Shown piece after piece: positions 53,312-63,836 of a stretch of 64,000 nt of DNA; the first letter of the stretch is position 1; every line of letters starts with the position of its first letter. The notes under the pieces were generated by a model. It was not told where the DNA came from. It ran no database searches and saw only the letters and a list, made by a program, of their open reading frames with translations. Made by a program: the position numbers and the translations under genes. This DNA comes from Woeseiaceae bacterium. GTDB taxonomy: Bacteria; Pseudomonadota; Gammaproteobacteria; Steroidobacterales; Woeseiaceae. Location of the stretch: contig JBPCYB010000079.1 in the NCBI GenBank assembly GCA_051007995.1, positions 10,622 to 74,621 of the forward strand, written 5' to 3'.

Positions 53312-53664
53312 GCGAAACGCTCGAGGTTGTGGTTGGCCGGCTGGATGAACTCGGCGACCCGGGTTGCCGTGAGTTTGAAATCGGTGCGGGCGATTGGCCA
53401 TTACGCGGTTTTGTAGTACGTCGCGGCAGCGAGATTTACGCTTACGAAAATGTTTGTGCGCACGTCGGACATCCGCTGAACTGGATGCCAGATGCATTCC
53501 TGACCAAAGATCGCGCGTCGATTATGTGTTCGTCGCATGGAGCGACGTTCGAGATCGACACGGGGCTGTGCTTCGCCGGACCGTGCGTCGGCAAGTCCTT
53601 ACGCAGTGTCGAAGTCGCGTTACGTGACGGAGTGATATTCGCGCGCGGAAAAGCGTTGCGCTAG
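53308..53664 (+). CDS. Rieske [2Fe-2S] domain protein
   Basis: CAHVGHPL ... CSSHGATF Rieske boxes. ATGA-type overlap with ampG. Confidence 0.85.
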   Translation: MSETLEVVVGRLDELGDPGCREFEIGAGDWPLRGFVVRRGSEIYAYENVCAHVGHPLNWMPDAFLTKDRASIMCSSHGATFEIDTGLCFAGPCVGKSLRSVEVALRDGVIFARGKALR

Positions 53665-53678
53665 GCAACGAACGCGGG

Positions 53679-53972
53679 TTATTCCGACTCTTTCAGAAAC
53701 TCAAATGGGTCATGAAAGCCTGCTGGCATATCGCCTTCCTTGCGGCCAACATAGTCGTCGGGATCCATGTCGACTGAACCGGACCAATCTTCGGGCGCGC
53801 TGACTTCAACGGTCAACAGGCTGGGCCAGGATTCAAGGTCGGTTTCTTCGACCGTGCCGTCGAAGTGTTGAATCTCAATCGTGCCATCGTCCTCATCGAC
53901 GGCAACAACTTCGAAAGTGTTTCCGTTACGTCGACGAAACCACTTGCCAATGATCGGGTAGGCGACTGCCAT
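53679..53972 (-). CDS. small acidic conserved hypothetical protein
   Basis: 97-aa ORF (MAVAYPIIGKWFRRRNGNTFEVVAVDEDDGTIEIQHFDG...). No catalytic motif. Confidence 0.5.
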   Translation of the reverse strand: MAVAYPIIGKWFRRRNGNTFEVVAVDEDDGTIEIQHFDGTVEETDLESWPSLLTVEVSAPEDWSGSVDMDPDDYVGRKEGDMPAGFHDPFEFLKESE

Positions 53973-54012
53973 GATCCTGATCCTTTCTTGGGCTCTTACT
54001 ATTAGTTATAGA

Positions 54013-54699
54013 TCACTTTTTCTCGAAGCGCCAGTCCCAGATCTTATGACCCTTTTTCAAGCCGCGGCGCTCAAATTTGGTCGGCGGTCGGGCAAGTGGT
54101 CGCTCGCCGTCGTGCTCACGTCGCTCGGCACAGGAAAACAGTGGGGAATCTTCAAGAACTTCATCAATGTGCTCGGCATAGTTCGCCCAGTCCGTTGCAA
54201 TATGCAACGAAGCCCTTGATTCGAGTCGGCTGGCACAGAGCTCGAGAAATTTCGGCTGTACGATTCGCCGCTTGTGGTGGCGTTTTTTCGGCCATGGGTC
54301 GGGAAAATAGAGATTAATGCGAGTCAACGAAAGCGGAGCGATCTGTTGTTCGAGTACTTCGATCGCGTCGTGTGCAATGAGCTTGAGGTTTGCGATCTCG
54401 GCGTCGCGCGCTGCGATCATGCAATGACCTATGCCCGGGTCGTGCACTTCGATACCAAGATAATCGCGCGCGGGATCGTCGGCGGCGAGTTGCACGAGCG
54501 AGTCGCCATTACCAAAACCGATCTCCAGCACGCGCGCCGCGCTGCGACCGAATGCTTCGTCGAGATTGAGTTGCTGCGGTGAATACTCCAGCCCGTACAC
54601 AGGCCAGAGTTCGTCGAGCGCGCGTTGTTGCGATGCCGTCATACGCCCGGCGCGACGGACGAAGCTGCGGACGGACCGCTTATGCTCGTCGCTTGCCAC
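54013..54699 (-). CDS. trmB: tRNA (guanine46-N7)-methyltransferase
   Basis: HKRSVRSFVRRAGRMTASQQRAL, VLEIGFGNGD, YFPDPWPKKRHHKRR. The start is uncertain: GTG 54699 is preferred and the longest ORF begins at 54792. Confidence 0.88.
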   Translation of the reverse strand: MASDEHKRSVRSFVRRAGRMTASQQRALDELWPVYGLEYSPQQLNLDEAFGRSAARVLEIGFGNGDSLVQLAADDPARDYLGIEVHDPGIGHCMIAARDAEIANLKLIAHDAIEVLEQQIAPLSLTRINLYFPDPWPKKRHHKRRIVQPKFLELCASRLESRASLHIATDWANYAEHIDEVLEDSPLFSCAERREHDGERPLARPPTKFERRGLKKGHKIWDWRFEKK

Positions 54700-55279
54700 G
54701 AATTGTCTGCACCGGGCTGGTTTTCTCAGGCGAGCGACCGCCCACCGATTCGTAGAACGACCGGATGATGACCATGTCGGCTTCCATGTCACCCGTCAGC
54801 ATCATGCTTGGCCCAAAACCAAGCCGCTTGTTCGCGTAGTCGAAGAAACCGAAGACAACCGGGACGCCTGCACCTTCGGCAATTCGATAAAAGCCGGTTT
54901 TCCAGCCCTTGGTCTTACTGCGGGTTCCCTCCGGTGCAAGTCCAAACAGGAGTTCTTCACTATTGTCGAATGCCGCAACCGCTTGTTTCACGGCTGAACG
55001 AGCATCACCTCGATTCAACCGTACACCGCCCATGCCATTCAGCAGGATGCTCATTGGAAACCAGAACATCGACTCCTTAATGAAGAACTTGACGTCGAGA
55101 CCGTAGGCAATTTTGTAGACGATCAGCCAGTACCCATCCCAGTACGACGTGTGTGGTGCGCCGATGATGACGGCCTTTTTTTCACACGGCAGCGGGCCGA
55201 CCGGGGTCCAGCGACCCAGCCAGAGCAAGAATTTTGCAACACGCGGCCAAAACATCTTATTCACCCTTCGCCAGTTCAA
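54680..55279 (-). CDS. lysophospholipid / glycerol-3-phosphate-type acyltransferase (PlsC family)
   Basis: HX4D motif (APHTSYWDG) and APEGTRS block. Confidence 0.75.
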   Translation of the reverse strand: MNWRRVNKMFWPRVAKFLLWLGRWTPVGPLPCEKKAVIIGAPHTSYWDGYWLIVYKIAYGLDVKFFIKESMFWFPMSILLNGMGGVRLNRGDARSAVKQAVAAFDNSEELLFGLAPEGTRSKTKGWKTGFYRIAEGAGVPVVFGFFDYANKRLGFGPSMMLTGDMEADMVIIRSFYESVGGRSPEKTSPVQTIRGKRRA

Positions 55280-57143
55280 CGGATCGACGGTGCCGCAAGA
55301 TGATCGGCAGTATCAACAAGGTTGCCAGCAGGCAACCGAGCAGCGCGATGGCCGCTTGTGCACCGAACTGAGCAAGACTGGGACTCTTGGCAATCGTAAA
55401 TGCGCCGAACGCTGCAATTGATGTTGCGATTGTAACGACGACGGCAAGGCCCGTTTCTGCAAACACGGCGCCGAGGTCGCCATCGTGGCGACGCCAGGAT
55501 GCCAATAAGTGCACGCCACCATCGACGCCGATGCCCAACACCATCGGAATAATTGCAGCAGTGACGACTGACGCGGCAACGCCGCTGAACGACATCGTCC
55601 CGCTAAGCCAGATCAACGACAAAACGAGTGGCAGCAAGACGATAAACGGCAGACTTCCGCTGCGCGTACCAATAGCGAGAATAAGTAGTATCAATCCGGC
55701 GGCGAGCGGCAAGACAAAGCGGATGTCGGCATACAACAACTCATCAATTCTCGCATTTAAAGCGGGCGCCCCACTCAACTGCCAATTGTCGAGTTGTAAG
55801 CGTTCGATTTGACGTTCCAGGTCCCAGATAACCGTTTCAAAGTTGCCGCGAATAAACGGATTCTCTGTCGGGTGAACCTGAACAAGACCCGGCACATCGG
55901 GTACTTCGATCAGCGATGCGATGCTGCCAGGCCGTTCGTCATCCGCCATAAACTCCACAGCATGCATTTCATCGTCGAAGTTAACCAAAATCGGAGAGGC
56001 GCTAAGGCCATATTCTTCGGCGATACGATTTTGTAGTACGCGCGCCTGCAAACCATCGCCTTCAAGTTTGCGAATATCACTCATCACCTCGAGATTGCCG
56101 GCGCCGAATGCGGCCAACACGGTTGCCGTAATCGCAACAGCGGCGATTGGCCCGCGAGATTTCATCACCCGGGGCGCGAGACGACGTAGCGGTGCAGCGA
56201 AAGCGGCTTTGCCAGCCAACCATGTCTCCGGGACCTTTAGCAGGATGGCCGGAAGTAAGCCGACGCAGGACAAATAGACGCCGGTCGATACCAGCGCGCC
56301 CGACAAGCCCAGATCTGCGAATCCCTGCAATTGCGCCGTAGCCAGGGCGCAAAAAGTCGCAACCGTAGTGAGGCTGGCCACGGTAATTGGTTTGAGTAAA
56401 CGTCGCCATGCTGACATGACGGCGGCTTCACGCGATAGCCCGTCATGTTCGATCGAATAACGACTGGCTTGGATCATATGAACACAGTGATCAATCCCGA
56501 TGCCGATTAGAAGTGTGGGAACGGCCGCAGCAAACAGCGTTAGCTCGGGGCGAATCAGGCTATACGCTGCGATGCCCCAGACGATACCGACACCAACAGG
56601 CAGCAACATAACGAGCGCTAGCCAGCCAATTCGATACACAAACGCGAACATCAACGTAACGAGGACGACGGCGATACCTAACGCTATGAGTAAATCGGTG
56701 TTGAGGCGCTCATGTGTCTCGACGATGAACGCCGGTGTGCCAGCCATGCCGCAGCGAGTTGCCATCGCGGACAGGATCGCACCAACACGATCGTAAACAA
56801 CGCCCGCGTCGCGGTAGTCAGCGGGATCGCCGGTCATGGAGAACGCGTACAAAGACGACTTGCCGGGTTGAATGTAGGTACGCGTGTTGGCTTGAATGTC
56901 TTTTAGCGATGTTACTTTTTCGACGACAAGGCGCGGCATGTACTGGTCGGGTTCACAAACGACCAGCAACTCTTCGAGCCCGGTCGTAAGGGCGGCAAGA
57001 TTGCGAAACGTTATTACAGCCGGATCGTCATCGCCCAACAGACCATAAAGATCCCCGTTTAGTTTGAGGCCGTCGAGCTGCACTGCCGCAAGCACGGTCA
57101 ATACAATGCCGGCTGCAATTGCTCTGGCGCTAAAGGTATTCAC
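55257..57143 (-). CDS. MMPL / RND-superfamily putative exporter
   Basis: Two 6-TM bundles separated by soluble loops. GIGIDHCVH and GIGVDGGVH repeats are typical of MMPL/SSD halves. GTG start 11 nt after the ubiB stop. Confidence 0.75.
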   Translation of the reverse strand: MNTFSARAIAAGIVLTVLAAVQLDGLKLNGDLYGLLGDDDPAVITFRNLAALTTGLEELLVVCEPDQYMPRLVVEKVTSLKDIQANTRTYIQPGKSSLYAFSMTGDPADYRDAGVVYDRVGAILSAMATRCGMAGTPAFIVETHERLNTDLLIALGIAVVLVTLMFAFVYRIGWLALVMLLPVGVGIVWGIAAYSLIRPELTLFAAAVPTLLIGIGIDHCVHMIQASRYSIEHDGLSREAAVMSAWRRLLKPITVASLTTVATFCALATAQLQGFADLGLSGALVSTGVYLSCVGLLPAILLKVPETWLAGKAAFAAPLRRLAPRVMKSRGPIAAVAITATVLAAFGAGNLEVMSDIRKLEGDGLQARVLQNRIAEEYGLSASPILVNFDDEMHAVEFMADDERPGSIASLIEVPDVPGLVQVHPTENPFIRGNFETVIWDLERQIERLQLDNWQLSGAPALNARIDELLYADIRFVLPLAAGLILLILAIGTRSGSLPFIVLLPLVLSLIWLSGTMSFSGVAASVVTAAIIPMVLGIGVDGGVHLLASWRRHDGDLGAVFAETGLAVVVTIATSIAAFGAFTIAKSPSLAQFGAQAAIALLGCLLATLLILPIILRHRRSVELAKGE

Positions 57144-57156
57144 ACGGTGTCGTGCT

Positions 57157-58581
57157 TCATTTCGCTTTCTCCGCCAGGTAGCGAATGGCAGCGGGCAAGT
57201 CACGCAGAACGTCCCGTAGCTGCGGTAAGAACTCACGCAAGTCCTCAAGCATGGCAGCCGGGCCGACCTGTTCGTTCATCCATTTCCTGAGAACCGGATG
57301 TGCCGTTTTCCAGAGGTCGAGCTGTGGGTAAAGCTCACGACCAAGTCCCTCAATATTAAATAGCGTCTTATGCAGCAAGATCATCTGCGGTTGGATTTCC
57401 ACATTGAAGCGTTGTGCGACGCGAAACAGCCGCATTAAGACTTGCGCGAACGATATTTCGGCGAGCGGCTTGTTGAATATTGGTTCGAGGACGGTCCGAA
57501 CTGCAGTTTCGAGTTGATCGATGCGGGTGCCTTCCGGTACCCACCCGGATTCGATGTGCAGCTCTGCAATGCGGTGGTAGTCGCGATCGAAAAAGGCGAG
57601 AAAGTTTTCGGCGAGATAGCGCTGATCGCTGGGGCTCAATGTGCCGACAATACCGAAGTCGACAGCTGCGTACTTTGGTCGTTCCGGATCAGTCGCAATG
57701 ACAAAAATATTGCCTGGATGCATGTCCGCATGAAAGAAATTGTGGCGAAATACTTGTGTAAAGAAGATTTCGACACCGTTCTCGGCCAGCATTTGAATAT
57801 TTGCACCGGATGCACGCAGCGCATCCATATCGCTGATCGGAATACCGTAAATTCGCTCCTGGACCAATACCTCAGGACGACAGTAGTCCCAAAACACATC
57901 CGGTACGTACAGCATGTCAGAGCCAGCGAAGTTGCGTTTTAGCTGCGCGGTGTTGGCGGCCTCACGCATGAGGTCGAGTTCATCGATGATCGTATTCTCG
58001 TATTCATCAACAACTTCGAGTGGACGCAGGCGCTTACCATGCTGCCAGTACTTATCCGCAAGCCCCGCCAACAAACGCAATACTTCAATATCTCGTTCGA
58101 TGATGTCCTGCACGCCCGGTCGCAGCAATTTGACGATGACTTCTGCACCGTCAGGCAGTTTTGCTGTATGTACTTGGGCAATTGATGCCGCCGCAAATGG
58201 TTCGACATCGAAGCGCTCAAACACGTCGTCTAGAGATTTGCCGTAGGTCTCTTCAAGAATCTTGACGGCTTGTTCAGCTGGGAAGGGTGGAACCTTGTCC
58301 TGCAGCTTGGCGAGTTCGTCAGCGATGTCCGGAGGCAGTAAGTCCCGGCGCGTTGAAATAGCCTGGCCGAACTTGATGAATATCGGGCCGAGTTCCTGAA
58401 GCGCTAAACGTATGCGTTCGCCCAGCGGCGCCGATTTATTGCGCCGACGGGGAAACAGGTAGAACAGAAATCGTAGCGGCCGCAACAAATGTGTCTGCTT
58501 GATGACGTCGTCGAGACCGTACTTAACAAGTACACGCTGAATCCCGATCAGTCTTGCGATGCTGCGCCGTTTTGCCATCAA
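57157..58581 (-). CDS. ubiB: ubiquinone biosynthesis protein kinase-like UbiB (no C-terminal TM anchor)
   Basis: LQELGPIFIKFGQAISTRRDLLPPDI, ASIAQVH, HADMHPGNIF. 474 aa, ending ...AIRYLAEKAK. Confidence 0.9.
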   Translation of the reverse strand: MMAKRRSIARLIGIQRVLVKYGLDDVIKQTHLLRPLRFLFYLFPRRRNKSAPLGERIRLALQELGPIFIKFGQAISTRRDLLPPDIADELAKLQDKVPPFPAEQAVKILEETYGKSLDDVFERFDVEPFAAASIAQVHTAKLPDGAEVIVKLLRPGVQDIIERDIEVLRLLAGLADKYWQHGKRLRPLEVVDEYENTIIDELDLMREAANTAQLKRNFAGSDMLYVPDVFWDYCRPEVLVQERIYGIPISDMDALRASGANIQMLAENGVEIFFTQVFRHNFFHADMHPGNIFVIATDPERPKYAAVDFGIVGTLSPSDQRYLAENFLAFFDRDYHRIAELHIESGWVPEGTRIDQLETAVRTVLEPIFNKPLAEISFAQVLMRLFRVAQRFNVEIQPQMILLHKTLFNIEGLGRELYPQLDLWKTAHPVLRKWMNEQVGPAAMLEDLREFLPQLRDVLRDLPAAIRYLAEKAK

Positions 58582-59186
58582 CCTTCGCCCTGCAATCGAT
58601 TGAGGCGTGCGGCAACGCGTTCTACGTCGTCGCGCAGCGTACCAACCTGTTGCGTGAATCTATCGACTTCATAGCGAGTCGGCACCTCACGACTCTCTTC
58701 CTGCAAATACTCGCGGACATTGCCGCCCATCGTCGAGCGTGTCTCGCGTGCCCAGTTGCCGATGCCTCGAGCGATCTGCGCGAGTCGATGTGCGGCGACA
58801 TCGCCAATGATGCGCGACAGTTCTTCTTCAATATCAGGTTTCGCGTAATCGAGCAGTTTCTGAAAACGCTGCGCCGTGGCCGCATCGCCGCTCAATTCCA
58901 GGTCGCCGCTGCGAATCGCTGCTTCGCCACCGCCGCCAATCATTCTCGCGAGCGTTACCAACGAACCGGAAATTACAACGTCAGGGTCTTCGTCATACTC
59001 AGTCTTTAGAGTGACAAGTTCTTCTGCAAAAGAGAAAAAGGCACTGATCGATGTATCGCTTGCTCGAATCGCGATTGTCGTGCCGTTCAGTTCGCCGGCG
59101 AGTTCACGCGCGGGCGTCGTTTCGTCAATATTGCGATTCAGGATCTCAGCAACCGGGCGCAGTAAGACTTCGAGTGGTCCTGCCAT
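58578..59186 (-). CDS. ubiJ: ubiquinone biosynthesis accessory factor UbiJ (SCP2 domain)
   Basis: 202 aa between ubiE and ubiB. SCP2-like N-terminus and a helical C-terminus. Assigned mainly by conserved position. Confidence 0.75.
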   Translation of the reverse strand: MAGPLEVLLRPVAEILNRNIDETTPARELAGELNGTTIAIRASDTSISAFFSFAEELVTLKTEYDEDPDVVISGSLVTLARMIGGGGEAAIRSGDLELSGDAATAQRFQKLLDYAKPDIEEELSRIIGDVAAHRLAQIARGIGNWARETRSTMGGNVREYLQEESREVPTRYEVDRFTQQVGTLRDDVERVAARLNRLQGEG

Positions 59187-59194
59187 CGCGGCGC

Positions 59195-59953
59195 CTAAAT
59201 GCGGTAGCCGCTGTGCAACGCGACGATACCACCGGCGAGGTTTTGGTAGCGGCAGCGTTCGAGCCCGGAGTCCTGCAACATGCCTAGCAGTGTTTCCTGG
59301 TCGGGGTGCATGCGAATCGATTCAGCCAGATACTGATAGCTGTCTTCGTCATGCGCGACGAATTTTCCCAGTAGAGGCAGTACCTTGAATGAGTAAAGAT
59401 CATAGGCCGGTTTGATTGCCTCGTCGGGTTTCGAAAATTCGAGAATCAGCAGTTTGCCGCCGGGCTTCAAGACCCGGAACATGGAGCGTAACGCCGCATC
59501 TTTGTCGGTGACATTGCGCAGGCCAAAGGCAATTGTGATGCGATCAAATGTGTTGTCTTCAAAGGGCAGGTTTTGAGCGTCAACCTGCGCGATGGATAAA
59601 TTGCCTGCGACACCCGCATCAATGAGCCTGCTGCGACCCTGGCGAAGCATTGCAGCATTAATATCGGCCAGAACGACATGACCGTCCGGTCCTACCTGTT
59701 TCGAAAATTCTCTGGCGAGATCGCCGGTGCCACCAGCGAGATCAAGAACGACGTGTCCTTTGCGAATAGCGGCTTGTTCAATCGTGCGGCGTTTCCACAG
59801 ACGATGCAGCCCACCTGACATCAGATCATTCATGATGTCATAGCGGTTGGCGACCGAGTCAAAGACGCCTTTTACGAGCTCGGCCTTGTCATCGGCTGGC
59901 ACGGTTTTGTAGCCGAAATGGGTAGTTTCAGCGGATGTGTCGCGTTTGGCCAT
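59195..59953 (-). CDS. ubiE: ubiquinone/menaquinone C-methyltransferase
   Basis: [29 protein letters not shown] motif [10 protein letters not shown]. Confidence 0.95.
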   Translation of the reverse strand: MAKRDTSAETTHFGYKTVPADDKAELVKGVFDSVANRYDIMNDLMSGGLHRLWKRRTIEQAAIRKGHVVLDLAGGTGDLAREFSKQVGPDGHVVLADINAAMLRQGRSRLIDAGVAGNLSIAQVDAQNLPFEDNTFDRITIAFGLRNVTDKDAALRSMFRVLKPGGKLLILEFSKPDEAIKPAYDLYSFKVLPLLGKFVAHDEDSYQYLAESIRMHPDQETLLGMLQDSGLERCRYQNLAGGIVALHSGYRI

Positions 59954-59962
59954 GTTGGAGTG

Positions 59963-60319
59963 TTATTCGGGCTTTTCTCGAGCATACCCTGCTGCCGCTA
60001 GGCGGTCGAGATAGCTACGCCATTTCGCCGTCATGTCGGCGCCGAGCTCGTGCAGGTAGTCCCACGTATACAGCCCGGTGTCATGGCCGTCATCGAATTT
60101 CAGCCGCACGGCGTAGTGGCCGACGGGCTCTATGTCCGTGATTCCGACATGCTCCTTGCCGACCTGCAGGGTCTCCTGTCCGGGGCCATGGCCTTTGACT
60201 TCAGCGCTTGGCGAATGGACGCGCAGGTACTCGCAGGAATACTGAAATTCGCTGCCGTCGTCGAAGCTTATGATGAGTAGCTTCGATTCCTTCTTCAGAC
60301 GTATTTCAGTGGGCGTCAC
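59963..60319 (-). CDS. DUF971 (gamma-butyrobetaine hydroxylase-like N-terminal domain) protein
   Basis: [27 protein letters not shown]...[23 protein letters not shown]. Confidence 0.75.
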   Translation of the reverse strand: MTPTEIRLKKESKLLIISFDDGSEFQYSCEYLRVHSPSAEVKGHGPGQETLQVGKEHVGITDIEPVGHYAVRLKFDDGHDTGLYTWDYLHELGADMTAKWRSYLDRLAAAGYAREKPE

Positions 60320-61656
60320 AATATGTATCGGCTCAGATCTTCATCTTGGGAGAGTTCAGCCAGATGGTCGTCGACATAGCCGGCGTTAATCTGCAAATGG
60401 GATCCACTCTTGTCGGACGCCTCGAACGATACCGTTTCAAGTAATCGTTCCATAACGGTATGCAATCGGCGCGCGCCAATATTCTCCGTGTTTTCGTTAA
60501 CTTGAAACGCCACTTCAGCGATGCGTCGCACACCACTGTCCGTAAATTCGACCTTAACCTCTTCGGTTTCGAGGAGCGCATCATACTGCGCCGTCAACGA
60601 AGCATCAGGCTCGGTCAGAATGCGCACGAAATCGTCAGTGGTTAATGAACTCAACTCCACTCGAATCGGAAAGCGACCCTGCATTTCTGGAATGAGGTCG
60701 GATGGTTTGGAAACGTGAAATGCGCCAGACGCGATAAACAAGATATGATCCGTGCGCACCATGCCGTACTTGGTGTTCACGGTGCAGCCTTCGACGATCG
60801 GCAGCAGATCACGCTGCACACCTTCACGAGAAACGTCGGCGCCCTGTGTGCCGGAACTGCGTGCGACCTTGTCAATTTCGTCGAGGAAAACAATGCCATG
60901 CTGCTCAACCGACTCAAGCGCCTGCGCCTTGAGCTCTTCCTCATCGATCAGTTTTGCTGCTTCTTCATCGGTAAGGTGCTTCAACGCTTCTTTAACTTTG
61001 AGTTTTCGCGTTTTTTTGCGGTTGCTGCCAAGGTTTTGAAACATGCCCTGCAACTGACTGGTCATGTCTTCCATGCCAGGTGGTGCCATGATCTCTACAC
61101 CTACAGGCAGCGCCTGAATATCAATTTCGATTTCTTTTTCGTCAAGCTTGCCTTCGCGCAACATCTTGCGAAATTTCTGTCGGGTTTCGCTGTTGTCTTT
61201 GGCCGGCTCGCCTTCGCCAGTAAAGCCAATAGGTTGTGACGGCGGAGGTAAGAGTGCGTCTAGAATGCGTTCTTCAGCAGCATCCTCTGCCCGGTGCCGG
61301 AACTTCGCCATTGACTCCTCGCGAATCAATTTGACGGCGACGTCCATCAGATCGCGAATGATGCTGTCCACTTCGCGACCGACATAGCCGACTTCGGTAA
61401 ATTTCGTTGCTTCGACTTTTATGAACGGCGCCTTGGCCAGTTTCGCAAGACGTCGTGAAATTTCGGTCTTACCGACGCCAGTCGGGCCGATCATCAAAAT
61501 ATTTTTTGGTGTGATTTCGCTGCGTAGCGGCTCATCGACTTGCACACGCCGCCACCGATTGCGTAGTGCAATGGCAACCGCACGCTTCGCGTCATTCTGA
61601 CCGACAATGTGCTTGTCCAACTCCTGGACAATTTCTCTGGGTGTCATTTGTGACAT
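60316..61656 (-). CDS. hslU: ATP-dependent protease ATPase subunit HslU
   Basis: [17 protein letters not shown], Walker [20 protein letters not shown]. Confidence 0.96.
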   Translation of the reverse strand: MSQMTPREIVQELDKHIVGQNDAKRAVAIALRNRWRRVQVDEPLRSEITPKNILMIGPTGVGKTEISRRLAKLAKAPFIKVEATKFTEVGYVGREVDSIIRDLMDVAVKLIREESMAKFRHRAEDAAEERILDALLPPPSQPIGFTGEGEPAKDNSETRQKFRKMLREGKLDEKEIEIDIQALPVGVEIMAPPGMEDMTSQLQGMFQNLGSNRKKTRKLKVKEALKHLTDEEAAKLIDEEELKAQALESVEQHGIVFLDEIDKVARSSGTQGADVSREGVQRDLLPIVEGCTVNTKYGMVRTDHILFIASGAFHVSKPSDLIPEMQGRFPIRVELSSLTTDDFVRILTEPDASLTAQYDALLETEEVKVEFTDSGVRRIAEVAFQVNENTENIGARRLHTVMERLLETVSFEASDKSGSHLQINAGYVDDHLAELSQDEDLSRYIL

Positions 61657-61658
61657 GA

Positions 61659-62189
61659 CTAAAGCTCTTCTACCGTGATGTGCTGGTTGGTGAAAACACA
61701 GATATCGCCAGCGATACCTAGCGCTTTTTCGACAATTTCCTTCGCTTCGAGGTCCGTATTCCGCAATAGCGCCAGGGCTGCTGCCTGGGCGTAGGGCCCG
61801 CCTGAGCCAATCGCCATCAAGTCGTCTTCGGGCTCGATGACATCGCCGTTGCCAGTCACGATGAATGAACTCTCAGCATCGGCAACGCAAAGCAGCGCCT
61901 CGAGACGCCGTAAACGTCGATCGGTGCGCCAGTCCTTCGCAAGCTCTATGGCGGCACGGGTCAGATTGCCGTATTGCTCAAGTTTGGTTTCGAATAGCTC
62001 GAACAGGGTAAATGCATCGGCCGTGCCACCAGCGAAGCCGGCAATTACCCGGCCTTCCGCGAGTGGCCGGACTTTGCGGGCATTCCCCTTCATAACGGTG
62101 TTGCCCATGCTGACCTGACCGTCGCCGGCGATGGCTACTTTGCCATTGCGGCGGACCGAGACAATGGTTGTCCCTCGAAATTGTTCCAT
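61659..62189 (-). CDS. hslV: ATP-dependent protease subunit HslV
   Basis: [22 protein letters not shown] (N-terminal Thr nucleophile), GSGG. Confidence 0.96.
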   Translation of the reverse strand: MEQFRGTTIVSVRRNGKVAIAGDGQVSMGNTVMKGNARKVRPLAEGRVIAGFAGGTADAFTLFELFETKLEQYGNLTRAAIELAKDWRTDRRLRRLEALLCVADAESSFIVTGNGDVIEPEDDLMAIGSGGPYAQAAALALLRNTDLEAKEIVEKALGIAGDICVFTNQHITVEEL

Positions 62190-62210
62190 GATGTTGTTCC
62201 TCGAGCGGGG

Positions 62211-63113
62211 CTAGTCTTTTTTTCGTGCCCTGGGATGGGTCTTGTCGTATATCTGGGCGAGATGCTGGAAGTCAAGGTGTGTATAGACCTGGGTCGTCGA
62301 GATATTCGAATGGCCAAGCAGCTCCTGCACGCCGCGCAGGTCGTGGCTGGATTCCAGCAAGTGGGTGGCGAACGAGTGGCGAAACAGGTGCGGGTAGACC
62401 TTGGAGTCAATGCCCTGGCGTTTTGCCCAATGCGTAACTCGGGCCTGCACCGAGCGTGGGCTCAGGCGTTGGCCGCGATTGCTGACGAACAAAGCCGGTT
62501 CATCGGCTGCGGCCATTTCCGCACGGCTCTTGTGCCAATGGGCCAGTGCCTCGAGTGCCTTGCGGCCCACCGGTACGATCCGGTCCTTGTTGCCTTTGCC
62601 CGTAACCCTTACTGTGCCGTCCTGCTTGTCGATATCGCCAAGATTCAAGTCTACGAGCTCGGCAAGGCGCAGACCCGATGAATACAAGAGCTCGAGGATT
62701 GCGCGGTCGCGATCAACAATCGCACCGTCACCAGGTATATCGAGCAATTTGGCCATGCGATCGGCATCGAGGTTCTCTGGCAGCCGTTTGCCGCCTTTGG
62801 GGGCGGGCACTGACTCGACCGGATTTCTCTTGACGTGCTTTTCTCGCAGCAGATAGCGAAAAAATGTGCGTGCTGCCGACAAGCGCCGTTGAATGCTGCG
62901 CGACGACAAGCCTCGCCGATAACTCGTGCCCGCAAAAGCGCGTACATCTTCGCTAACGAGGTCGTCCCACAGTGAAACGCTGATTTCGTCGCAAAAAGCG
63001 GCCAGCGATTCGAGATCGCGACGGTAATGTTGGCAAGTAAGCGGAGACAAGCGGCGCTCGAATTCGAGATGGCCGATAAATTTGTCGATCCAGTCTGTTT
63101 CAGCGCTGTCCAA
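62211..63113 (-). CDS. xerC: tyrosine recombinase XerC
   Basis: 300 aa. Catalytic R...HxLRHSFATHLL...LGHSNISTTQVYTHL. dapF-DUF484-xerC order. Confidence 0.92.
   Translation of the reverse strand: MDSAETDWIDKFIGHLEFERRLSPLTCQHYRRDLESLAAFCDEISVSLWDDLVSEDVRAFAGTSYRRGLSSRSIQRRLSAARTFFRYLLREKHVKRNPVESVPAPKGGKRLPENLDADRMAKLLDIPGDGAIVDRDRAILELLYSSGLRLAELVDLNLGDIDKQDGTVRVTGKGNKDRIVPVGRKALEALAHWHKSRAEMAAADEPALFVSNRGQRLSPRSVQARVTHWAKRQGIDSKVYPHLFRHSFATHLLESSHDLRGVQELLGHSNISTTQVYTHLDFQHLAQIYDKTHPRARKKD
62249..62277 (-). promoter_or_regulatory. candidate sigma-32 promoter for hslVU embedded in the 3' end of xerC
   Basis: The reverse strand reads CCTTGACT-12 nt-CCCAGATAT (consensus CTTGAAA ... CCCCATNT), about 60 nt upstream of the hslV ATG. 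Only 21 nt separate the xerC stop from the hslV start. Confidence 0.3.
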
Positions 63114-63131
63114 CGGGCAAACTCCCGCGAC

Positions 63132-63836
63132 TCAGTAGCGTCCGAGCGCTCCGGCGACCAGGTCTCCGACGCGAGCGAGGAAGTCGATGCTCATCCCGGG
63201 GTGGAAACGATCCGCATCTGCACTGCCGATGGCGAGAAAACCGATCTGGGCGTTCTCACCGAGCGGAACCAGCGCCACCGAGCCGATTTCGTCACTGTCA
63301 GCGTGAAACAGAAACTCTCGCTGTGAGTCGCGAACCTGACCGCAACGCGGGCCACTGCCATTAAGAAACGTATCGAATGGTCTAAGGACCTCATTGTTTC
63401 GTTCGACAACCCGGAAAAAGCGACCTGCATCGACGTCTTCGAACATCGTCGGATCGTTAAATAACACGAGAATGGACTGGTCGGCGCCAAACCCGCTGCG
63501 CATCGCTTTTTCGACAGCGTCAACCGTCGCATCTAGCTGCGTTGCGCCGATTAACTGCAGTGACAGCTCGTGAATCTTGGCAGCGAGCGTGTCATTGGCA
63601 CGGGCGACCTCGATCAGATCTTTGAGCTGACGTTCAAGCTTGATCTCTTTTTGCCGCAAGACCGACACCTGGCGTTCAACCAACGAAACAGCCTCGCCGG
63701 AGCCGTGTGGCACGCTCAGTGAGGAAAGTAGCGCAGCATTGCGCTCAAAAAAGTCAGGGTTGGCTTCGAGATACTCTCGAACCGCCTGGTCCGAAAGCTC
63801 ATTGTCGATGAAATCCGGCTTGCGTTGCGTGCTCAT
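63132..63836 (-). CDS. DUF484 family (YigA-like) GAF-domain protein
   Basis: Start at MSTQRKPDFIDNELSDQAVREYLEANPDFF (ATGA overlap with the dapF stop). Canonical position between dapF and xerC. Confidence 0.8.
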   Translation of the reverse strand: MSTQRKPDFIDNELSDQAVREYLEANPDFFERNAALLSSLSVPHGSGEAVSLVERQVSVLRQKEIKLERQLKDLIEVARANDTLAAKIHELSLQLIGATQLDATVDAVEKAMRSGFGADQSILVLFNDPTMFEDVDAGRFFRVVERNNEVLRPFDTFLNGSGPRCGQVRDSQREFLFHADSDEIGSVALVPLGENAQIGFLAIGSADADRFHPGMSIDFLARVGDLVAGALGRY

